DNA from: Candidatus Vogelbacteria bacterium
GTDB taxonomy: Bacteria > Patescibacteriota > Minisyncoccia > Phycocordibacterales > JACOZG01
DNA length: 21,048 nt
Reading direction: 5' to 3'
NCBI GenBank assembly: GCA_043807405.1
Contig: JAZDGA010000007.1
Location: 1 to 21,048 of the forward strand
Made by a program: the position numbers and the translations under genes. Positions 1 through 6,188 of the stretch are shown here, in pieces. The stretch's first letter is position 1; each line of letters begins with the position of its first letter. The notes beneath the pieces are model-generated. The model was not told the origin of the DNA, did not search any database, and was given only the letters and a program-made list of their open reading frames with translations.

Positions 1-74
1 GAAGTCATAATCTCCATTCTAACACGCTGGATTTAAATAACCTTTTAGTTTAAAATTATCAGATGAAATAAATT

Positions 75-1250
75 ATGGCAAACAAAAATCTTACAAACGC
101 AAAACGGGCAAAGAACGACGAGTTTTATACCCAGTACAGCGATATTCAGAAAGAGATTGAGGCGTATCTGGAATACAACCCCGATGTATTTCGCGGCAAG
201 GCGGTGTATTGCAACTGTGACGATCCGTATGAAAGCAATTTTTTCAAATACTTTGTATTAAAATTCAACAATATTGGACTTAAAAAACTTATTACTACGA
301 GTTATGTTCCGTCGCCTATTACAGGCACCCTATTTCCATTATCTGAAATAGAAGGATTAAGAAAATTCACTCGAAAACAGCCGTTCAAAATTGAGATCAA
401 TGAGGTAAAAGACTTAAATAATGATGGTGCAGTAAACCTTAAGGATATAGAGTGTTTGTTGAGACAGGATCAAAACGTAACAACTCTGCTTAAGGGTAAC
501 GGTGATTTTCGTAGTGATGAATCTATAGAATTACTGAAGCAATCAGATATTGTAGTAACTAATCCGCCGTTTAGCCTATTTCGCGAGTATATAATGCAAC
601 TTGTTGATCATGATAAAAAGTTTTTGATCATAGGCAACTTGAACGCAATTACCTACAAAGAAATATTCCCATTACTTAAAGCGAATAAAGTTTGGTTAGG
701 AAATAATTACAAAATCAATGCCGGCGCAATGTTTTTTGAAATACCCGAAAAGATTGCCAATTTGGAGCAAGTCCGTGAAATTAAAACAAATGAAAGCGGC
801 AAAAAGGTGTACGTCACCAGAGTGCAGGGTGTTCGCTGGTTCACCAACCTTGACCATGGGCGCCGCCATCAACCGATACCACTTATGTCCGAAGCAGAGG
901 TTATAAAGTTTGTAACAAAAAAACCGTTTGAGAAATATGACAATTATGACGCGATAGAAGTGTCGTTGATAAAGCATATTCCGAGCGATTACATCGGCGT
1001 AATGGGAGTGCCGGTGAGTATTCTTGATAAATATAGCCCCGAGCAGTTTAAGATTGTTGGAATGTGTGAGAACTTGGATTTATATAAACAAAAAACAAAA
1101 GTGTACACATCCGCAGACTGTAAACAGGCGTATTTAGATAAATTCGGGAAAAAAGGAACTTATGATTTGAACGCAAGCGGAGTGGTTACTCGAAATGATT
1201 TATTGGAAAAAGTTTATCAAAGAGTGCTTATCAAACATAAGAAAAAATAA
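75..1250 (+). CDS. N6-adenine DNA methyltransferase, EcoRI-methylase-like family
   Basis: 391-aa ORF. It has the N-terminal KNDEFYTQY motif and the catalytic VVTNPPFS motif (NPPF = nt 561-572), both as in M.EcoRI-type adenine methylases. ATG at 75, TAA at 1248-1250. The region is AT-rich. Confidence 0.8.
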   Translation: MANKNLTNAKRAKNDEFYTQYSDIQKEIEAYLEYNPDVFRGKAVYCNCDDPYESNFFKYFVLKFNNIGLKKLITTSYVPSPITGTLFPLSEIEGLRKFTRKQPFKIEINEVKDLNNDGAVNLKDIECLLRQDQNVTTLLKGNGDFRSDESIELLKQSDIVVTNPPFSLFREYIMQLVDHDKKFLIIGNLNAITYKEIFPLLKANKVWLGNNYKINAGAMFFEIPEKIANLEQVREIKTNESGKKVYVTRVQGVRWFTNLDHGRRHQPIPLMSEAEVIKFVTKKPFEKYDNYDAIEVSLIKHIPSDYIGVMGVPVSILDKYSPEQFKIVGMCENLDLYKQKTKVYTSADCKQAYLDKFGKKGTYDLNASGVVTRNDLLEKVYQRVLIKHKKK

Positions 1251-1298
1251 TATGAAAACAATTCTAAAAACTAATATCACTGTTAAAGATATTTGCGA
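1244..1298. repeat. Left copy of a 55-bp direct repeat flanking rhuM
   Basis: 50/55 identical to nt 2243-2297, at an offset of exactly 999 bp. It covers AAAATAA (the stop region of the upstream gene), 1 nt, then ATGAAAACAA...ATATTTGCGA. Confidence 0.85.
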
Positions 1299-1305
1299 AA
1301 AGTAA
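1252..1305 (+). pseudogene. 17-codon fossil copy of the 5' end of the DUF262-HNH gene
   Basis: It translates to [17 protein letters not shown], against [17 protein letters not shown]... at nt 2251. It starts 1 nt after the methylase stop codon. Confidence 0.6.
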
Positions 1306-1310
1306 AAATT

Positions 1311-2249
1311 ATGAAAAGCCAAGATAAAAACAACCAGATCATCATCTATAACGCCGAAAATGGCGAGACGAAGATTGAAGTGCGGGTGAAAGATGAGACT
1401 GTTTGGCTTTCACAAAAGCAAATGGCAGAGCTTTTTGATTGTTCTGTGGATAATATTAGCCTTCATCTTAAAAATGTGTTTGAAGAGACCGAATTAAGCG
1501 AAAATTCAGTTGCCGAGGATTCCTCGGTAACTGCCTCTGACGGTAAAAAGTATGCAGTTAAGCATTATAACTTGGATGCAATAATTTCTGTCGGATATAG
1601 GATAAATTCATTGCGTGGCACGCAATTCCGCATCTGGGCAACGCAGAAATTAAAGGAATATATTGTTAAGGGTTTTGTGATGGACGACGAACGACTGGCA
1701 GAAGGCAGAGTGAAAAAGAGTTATTTTGAAGAATGGGAAGAGCGGATCAGAAGAATCAGGACATCGGAGGCCAATTTTTATCAGAAAGTCCGTGATGTTT
1801 TTGCTACCAGCGCCGATTACAATTCCAAAACAGATTATGCTAAAACATTTTATGCTACCGTGCAGAATAAATTTCATTATGCTATTACCGGATTGACCGC
1901 GGCGGAAATTGTTTCCACGCGAATTGACAGCCAAAAAGAGAATATGGGGCTGACAAACTGGAAAGGCGAAATTATCACGCGCGAACAGGCGCAAATCGCC
2001 AAAAATTATTTGGAAGAGTTGGAATTAAAAAGATTAAATTTGTTAGTGGAACAATTTTTGTCTTTTGCCGAATTGCAAAGCGTGGAGCAAAGAGTAATGT
2101 ATATGAAGGATTGGATCCGAAAATTGGATGGGTTTTTAGTTTTAAACGAAAAGAAAATTTTGCAAAGCTCCGGCAATATTTCACATTTGGAAATGGAGAA
2201 AAAAGTTAGAGAGGAACTAGAAAGATACAATCAAGGAAGATTAAAATAA
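1311..2249 (+). CDS. RhuM-family protein (virulence protein RhuM-like)
   Basis: The N-terminal [33 protein letters not shown] and the [27 protein letters not shown] block are characteristic of the RhuM family. I prefer ATG 1311 over the TTG 1293 listed in the ORF track. Confidence 0.85.
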   Translation: MKSQDKNNQIIIYNAENGETKIEVRVKDETVWLSQKQMAELFDCSVDNISLHLKNVFEETELSENSVAEDSSVTASDGKKYAVKHYNLDAIISVGYRINSLRGTQFRIWATQKLKEYIVKGFVMDDERLAEGRVKKSYFEEWEERIRRIRTSEANFYQKVRDVFATSADYNSKTDYAKTFYATVQNKFHYAITGLTAAEIVSTRIDSQKENMGLTNWKGEIITREQAQIAKNYLEELELKRLNLLVEQFLSFAELQSVEQRVMYMKDWIRKLDGFLVLNEKKILQSSGNISHLEMEKKVREELERYNQGRLK

Positions 2250-2297
2250 CATGAAAACAACTCTAAAAACTAACATCACTGTCAAAAATATTTGCGA
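2243..2297. repeat. Right copy of the 55-bp direct repeat flanking rhuM
   Basis: See nt 1244-1298. This copy contains the functional start of the DUF262-HNH gene. Confidence 0.85.
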
Positions 2298-3417
2298 GGG
2301 GTTCGTCTATGACGAGTGGGAAGGTAAGGGATTATTTGGCTTGTCTGGCAAGCTGACTATCCAGCCGGAGTATCAACGCAATTATATTTATGCGTCTGAC
2401 GGCGGGAAAAGAGAGGTCGCCGTTATTGATTCAATACTCAAAGGCTACCCGATAGGCTTGATTTATTTCAATAAGGTTTCTGAAAACAAATTAGAAGTTT
2501 TAGACGGACAACAGCGTATCACCAGTGTTGGACGTTTTGTAACTGAGAAATTTGCAATTAAAGATGAAAACGGGATGCAATATTTTGGCACAATGGCACA
2601 AGACAAAAAAGTCAAGATATTGGAAACCAAACTGCTTATTTATGAATGCGAAGGGACAGAAAGTCAGATAAAAGAGTGGTTTAAGACGATTAATATAGCT
2701 GGAGTTCCGCTCGTCCCCCAAGAATTATTAAACGCGATCTATTCCGGACCATTCGTTAGACTAGGAAAAGAGGAGTTCAGTAACAGCCAAAATGCCAATA
2801 TTCAAAAATGGGGCGCGTACATAAAGGGCAGTGCAAACCGGCAGGCATTTTTTGAGAGGGCTCTAGATTGGGTGAGTAAAGGGAATATCGATGATTACAT
2901 GAGTAGCCATCGCCACGACAAAAATATCACCGAGTTAAAAAAATATTTCAACAGTGTCATCGATTGGGTGTCTAGTATTTTTGTTGATGTTGAAAGCGAA
3001 ATGCAGGGACTAGAATGGGGACGGCTATATGAAGAGTATCACAAGAAATCTTATAATCCTGCCAAAGTGTCAGCCGAGGTACGCAAACTCTACAGTGATC
3101 CGTATATCAAAAATCGCAGAGGCATTTTTGAGTTTATTTTAGATGGTTCTGTTGATACAAAATTGCTTGAAGTCCGAATTTTTGATGAAGCAACCAAAAA
3201 AGCGGTTTATGCAACACAAACTCTTAAGGCAGAGAAAAAAGGCGAATCAAACTGCCCGCATTGTGCTATTGGACACGATGCTAACAAGAGTAAGGTTTGG
3301 AGTTTTGGCGAAATGGATGCCGACCATGTAGCGGCTTGGAGTAAAGGTGGTGCAACATCAATAAAAAACTGCGAGATGTTGTGTAAGACACACAATCGCG
3401 CAAAAGGAAATCGGTAA
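2251..3417 (+). CDS. DUF262 (ParB/GmrSD-N-like, DGQQR motif) protein fused to a C-terminal HNH endonuclease
   Basis: 388 aa. The N-terminal half carries [11 protein letters not shown] and [10 protein letters not shown]. The C-terminus carries CPHC...[12 protein letters not shown]...[15 protein letters not shown], an HNH/His-Me finger with flanking Cys pairs. Confidence 0.85.
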   Translation: MKTTLKTNITVKNICEGFVYDEWEGKGLFGLSGKLTIQPEYQRNYIYASDGGKREVAVIDSILKGYPIGLIYFNKVSENKLEVLDGQQRITSVGRFVTEKFAIKDENGMQYFGTMAQDKKVKILETKLLIYECEGTESQIKEWFKTINIAGVPLVPQELLNAIYSGPFVRLGKEEFSNSQNANIQKWGAYIKGSANRQAFFERALDWVSKGNIDDYMSSHRHDKNITELKKYFNSVIDWVSSIFVDVESEMQGLEWGRLYEEYHKKSYNPAKVSAEVRKLYSDPYIKNRRGIFEFILDGSVDTKLLEVRIFDEATKKAVYATQTLKAEKKGESNCPHCAIGHDANKSKVWSFGEMDADHVAAWSKGGATSIKNCEMLCKTHNRAKGNR

Positions 3418-3442
3418 GCAAAAAAGTAATTTCGGAGTTTCT

Positions 3443-3649
3443 ATGAATTACGATTTGATGACAATACTTAGTTTAATAATCGGAATACTCGGTTTAGTTG
3501 CAACTTTGGCAGGAACCAAAAAAGTCCGGAAAGCAAAAACGAATCCACATCATGAAGGTGTGGATTTTTTATTTTATTTGACAGGCGAAGGTCAGAAGTG
3601 CAGGGTTAGGAAGGTTTCGGAATATTGGTCTTTGAATAAAGGAGAATAG
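3443..3649 (+). CDS. Small hypothetical membrane protein (one predicted TM helix)
   Basis: 68 aa. GGAG at 3434-3437 lies 5 nt upstream of the ATG. The hydrophobic stretch is ILSLIIGILGLVATLAG. The stop TAG (3647-3649) abuts the next ATG (3650). No homology recognised. Confidence 0.35.
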   Translation: MNYDLMTILSLIIGILGLVATLAGTKKVRKAKTNPHHEGVDFLFYLTGEGQKCRVRKVSEYWSLNKGE

Positions 3650-4039
3650 ATGAAGAAGAAAAAGCTCCACAAGATGGTGGTAGAGGTGATTGAAGGGTCG
3701 ACCGGTGGACAGTTGGAATCCTTGGCTGGAATGATCAAGGCGATGAAGATTCTGGAAGGCCACGACGAAGTCATCCAAGCGTGGAAAGGGCGCGAGGGAA
3801 TGTTGTTTGGCAAAAAATTAGGCGTAACAGCCAGCCTGCTCAAACAGAAAAAGGAAGCCGAGGAGATGGCCGAGGCCAAGAAAAAGGGAATTGATCTCGA
3901 CGAACTCCAACTGCAGACCGAAAATTTACTCGCGCTTCTCAAAGATCGTCGGCCGGGAATGGACGACTTGGAGTGGGACGGGCGCATGGAAGAGCAACTA
4001 CGAAACTTGCACGCGCTCGCTTCGCTCGCGCTTGACTAA
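3650..4039 (+). CDS. Hypothetical protein, paralog A of the 5344-5832 product
   Basis: 129 aa, with GGAG at 3641-3644. It shares an N-terminal module of about 65 aa with the ORF at 5344: HxxxVExIE...IK..KI..HD.(I/V)..WK...G.FG......LL.QKKEAE. Confidence 0.55.
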   Translation: MKKKKLHKMVVEVIEGSTGGQLESLAGMIKAMKILEGHDEVIQAWKGREGMLFGKKLGVTASLLKQKKEAEEMAEAKKKGIDLDELQLQTENLLALLKDRRPGMDDLEWDGRMEEQLRNLHALASLALD

Positions 4040-4078
4040 CTTGGAACACAGGTCTTCAATTTTGATGGAGAAAAAGGA

Positions 4079-4342
4079 ATGACGCCAAAAGAAATTCTGA
4101 TCTTAATTCTGGCAGAGGAATCGGGAGTCTCGTCAGACAAAATCCTTGATACTTCCCGTCTTGGGAAAGATCTAGGAATCGGCAACACCGTCGGAAGAGC
4201 CGAATTTCTTGGGTTAAAGGAGGATATTGAGAAAGCGTTCGGGATCAAGATCCCGCCGGAGGCGATCCCATCTTCTGACGAAGCTAAGGATGTGACGGTC
4301 GGGGAGATCGTCGAACTTCTTGATTCTCTTTTATCGAATTGA
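4079..4342 (+). CDS. Acyl/peptidyl-carrier-protein-like protein lacking the phosphopantetheine-attachment serine
   Basis: 87 aa. It aligns by eye with the ACP pattern: ...GV..D.I......KDLGIGNTVGRAEFLGLKEDIEKAFGIKIPPE....TVGEIVELL against E. coli ...[28 protein letters not shown]....TV. The DSL position reads GNT. A purine-rich RBS is present, and an intrinsic terminator follows. Confidence 0.6.
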   Translation: MTPKEILILILAEESGVSSDKILDTSRLGKDLGIGNTVGRAEFLGLKEDIEKAFGIKIPPEAIPSSDEAKDVTVGEIVELLDSLLSN

Positions 4343-4352
4343 GTGATTTGCG

Positions 4353-4380
4353 GGCGTCCCAATTTTAGGGACGCCTTTTT
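4353..4380 (+). terminator. Rho-independent terminator after the carrier-protein-like gene
   Basis: 8-bp GC-rich stem, GGCGTCCC (4353-4360) with GGGACGCC (4368-4375). The loop is 7 nt, followed by TTTTT (4376-4380). Confidence 0.7.
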
Positions 4381-4427
4381 ATATCTTCCCCTGATGGCAG
4401 GAGTGATGGCAAGGGTAACCCTTGACA

Positions 4428-4456
4428 TTGACAAAAAGGCGAATAGGTGCATAATT
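4428..4456 (+). promoter_or_regulatory. Sigma70-like promoter for the 4536-5832 unit
   Basis: Tandem TTGACA hexamers at 4422-4427 and 4428-4433. The -10 reads TGcATAATT / CATAAT at 4448-4456, with a 16-17 nt spacer. Confidence 0.5.
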
Positions 4457-4469
4457 GAGAAGGATTGAT

Positions 4470-4491
4470 AAAAGCTGGCGTGGCTGGCTTG
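4470..4491 (+). promoter_or_regulatory. Conserved 22-nt hairpin-forming element, copy 1 (5' UTR of the 4536 ORF)
   Basis: AAAAGCTGGCGTGGCTGGCTTG. The stem pairs 4472-4479 with 4483-4490, with a GUG triloop. It matches nt 5289-5310 in 21 of 22 positions. Confidence 0.5.
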
Positions 4492-4535
4492 GAATTGTAG
4501 ATCGTTGAGAACTTGTTAAATAGAAGGAGTGATTA

Positions 4536-5279
4536 ATGGGAGCTGAATCGGTTGAGGAAATGCTGGTAGATCTCGGTGAACGAATTAGCCATTGCACTCG
4601 GAGAGGTCACTTCCAGGGGTTGGGAGGAGCGCTTGATTGCGAAGAATCCCGGCTAAGCTTAACTAAGGAATGGATTGTTGGAGGGGGGTTGGGAAACTCA
4701 TGCTTGAGTCTTGTCTCGACTTACAGTGCCGCATCGAGTACCTATTACGCGGCGTCGGGAAATGCTTGGGCCCACTTTCGGGTGGCACCATGGAAAGTGT
4801 GGTGGCTGGTTCGCGCCGTCTGGTATCTCCGCGCCAAAGCCTGGCGGATGTCGAACAAGATGGTGAGATTCGCTGGCGGGATTGAGAATCTGACCGCCGA
4901 CGAGCTCGACATCCGCGCCAGTATTGCTCGAAAATGCGGGCGACATATTGAAGCGATGCGTTGCACTAACTTGGCTCTCACTCGGGCGGACATTTCACAC
5001 AACACTCAAGTTCTTTTACTTCTTTATCGGGCCACTGAACTTCAACGGCAAAAGTTGATGAGCGAAGCCGAGAAAGTTTTTTGGGACATCGAGGCAATTA
5101 TCAATCAAGCCCCGATTCCTGAAATGACGCAAGTACGGGTTTTACGCACCTGGGCGAAGTGGTTGAAGGCGACTGGCGCGCCGGAAGGGCAAATCAAAAC
5201 TATGCTTGATGGAGCAGAAGAGCTAGCTAGAAAAGCCGGCCTCGACGACCAGGTCGCAAAAGTGCAAGCGGGGGTGTAA
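4536..5279 (+). CDS. Hypothetical protein (247 aa), no recognisable domain
   Basis: AAGGAG RBS 7 nt upstream of the ATG. It is the longest ORF in its region. The Trp/Arg-rich central segment and helical C-terminal half match nothing I can name. Confidence 0.55.
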   Translation: MGAESVEEMLVDLGERISHCTRRGHFQGLGGALDCEESRLSLTKEWIVGGGLGNSCLSLVSTYSAASSTYYAASGNAWAHFRVAPWKVWWLVRAVWYLRAKAWRMSNKMVRFAGGIENLTADELDIRASIARKCGRHIEAMRCTNLALTRADISHNTQVLLLLYRATELQRQKLMSEAEKVFWDIEAIINQAPIPEMTQVRVLRTWAKWLKATGAPEGQIKTMLDGAEELARKAGLDDQVAKVQAGV

Positions 5280-5288
5280 GGAAATTGA

Positions 5289-5310
5289 AAAAGCTGGCGT
5301 GGCCGGCTTG
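5289..5310 (+). promoter_or_regulatory. Conserved 22-nt hairpin-forming element, copy 2 (between the 4536 and 5344 ORFs)
   Basis: AAAAGCTGGCGTGGCCGGCTTG. The stem pairs 5291-5298 with 5302-5309. The single difference from copy 1 (T4485 vs C5304) turns a G.U pair into G-C. Confidence 0.5.
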
Positions 5311-5343
5311 AAAGATGGGTTCTTTGATTTTGGAGAAACAGAG

Positions 5344-5832
5344 ATGACAGGGATGGTAACAGTAACTGAAGAAACAGAACAAACGGGATTGCGCCCATTC
5401 CACGAAACAATTGTGGAAGCGATTGAGCAAATCTGGAGCTCTGAAGAGGCAGGTGTTTTGGCTAGATTAATCAAGAGAACAAAGATTTCAAAAGACCACG
5501 ACAAGATTGTGACAACATGGAAGAGGAAACTTGGGGAGTTTGGTCAAAGCGAAGATTACTTGGATGTACCAGCCAATCTCCTCGAGCAGAAAAAAGAAGC
5601 AGAGAAAGGGGAAACCGACCTCGCTTCCAGCTTTGACTTCGATGGCAAGGAACGCGTACTGATGCTTGTGATTGAGAGGATCATCGGTGTTTTCCAAAAC
5701 CTGACACCTACAACCAAGAGCCAATTTCCAAGCAATCGAATGGACGATATCTTCAAACTGTTTGAGACGGCCAAGAGAATCTTTTTAGCCGAAGACGAGG
5801 GAGAATTTCAGACCGCGATCGCCGATCTCTAG
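5344..5832 (+). CDS. Hypothetical protein, paralog B of the 3650-4039 product
   Basis: I prefer ATG 5344, with GGAG at 5332-5335, over the GTG 5299 in the ORF track; GTG 5299 lies in the hairpin loop. The N-terminal module is shared with the 3650 ORF, and the C-terminal region of about 80 aa is unique. Confidence 0.55.
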   Translation: MTGMVTVTEETEQTGLRPFHETIVEAIEQIWSSEEAGVLARLIKRTKISKDHDKIVTTWKRKLGEFGQSEDYLDVPANLLEQKKEAEKGETDLASSFDFDGKERVLMLVIERIIGVFQNLTPTTKSQFPSNRMDDIFKLFETAKRIFLAEDEGEFQTAIADL

Positions 5833-5864
5833 CACTTGGAAGTCGGACTTCCAAAAAACCACAC

Positions 5865-5897
5865 GGGCACTCGGTCTACGGATCGGTGCCCTTTTTT
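5865..5897 (+). terminator. Putative intrinsic terminator
   Basis: GGGCAC (5865-5870) pairs with GTGCCC (5886-5891), followed by TTTTTT (5892-5897). A perfect 8-bp hairpin, TTGGAAGT-CGG-ACTTCCAA (5836-5854), precedes it. Confidence 0.55.
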
Positions 5898-5925
5898 GTC
5901 CCCAATTTCTATACCCCGCGCCAGC

Positions 5926-5954
5926 TTGCGACTATAAGGCAGATTTGTTATCAT
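5926..5954 (+). promoter_or_regulatory. Putative rpsO promoter placing the transcription start on the ATG (leaderless)
   Basis: TTGCGA (5926-5931), a 17-nt spacer, then TATCAT (5949-5954). The ATG at 5961 is 6 nt after the -10, and no SD is present. Confidence 0.4.
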
Positions 5955-5960
5955 CAATCT

Positions 5961-6185
5961 ATGTTATCAACGAAGAAGAAAAAGAAGTTGATTGGCGGAG
6001 CCCGGGTCCACGAGAAGGACACCGGTTCTTCCAAGGTGCAAGTGGCGCTCTTGACCGAGCAGATCAATCAGCTCGCCAAGCATTTAAAGAAACATCAAAA
6101 GGACGAACACTCCCGACGGGGTCTCTTGAAGATGGTTTCCAAGCGCCGAACGCATCTTAAATATCTAGCGAAGAATAAAAGTTAA
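5961..6185 (+). CDS. rpsO: 30S ribosomal protein S15 (short C-terminus)
   Basis: 74 aa. [44 protein letters not shown] matches the S15 core (DTGS.EVQVALLT.QI..L..H...H.KD.HSRRGLL.MV..RR). I chose ATG 5961 rather than the upstream GTG 5886. Confidence 0.85.
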   Translation: MLSTKKKKKLIGGARVHEKDTGSSKVQVALLTEQINQLAKHLKKHQKDEHSRRGLLKMVSKRRTHLKYLAKNKS

Positions 6186-6188
6186 TTT

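Noticed and set aside
4036-4452. 138-aa minus-strand ORF
   Set aside because: It is the antisense shadow of the ACP-like gene and runs through the plus-strand terminator and promoter. Its Ser/Pro/Arg-rich composition is typical of an antisense frame.
5836-5854. The perfect hairpin TTGGAAGT-CGG-ACTTCCAA as the main plus-strand terminator
   Set aside because: It is followed by an A-run rather than a T-run on the plus strand, and there is no minus-strand gene for it to terminate. The following GGGCAC...GTGCCC-T6 structure is the better terminator. The first hairpin may only add stability.
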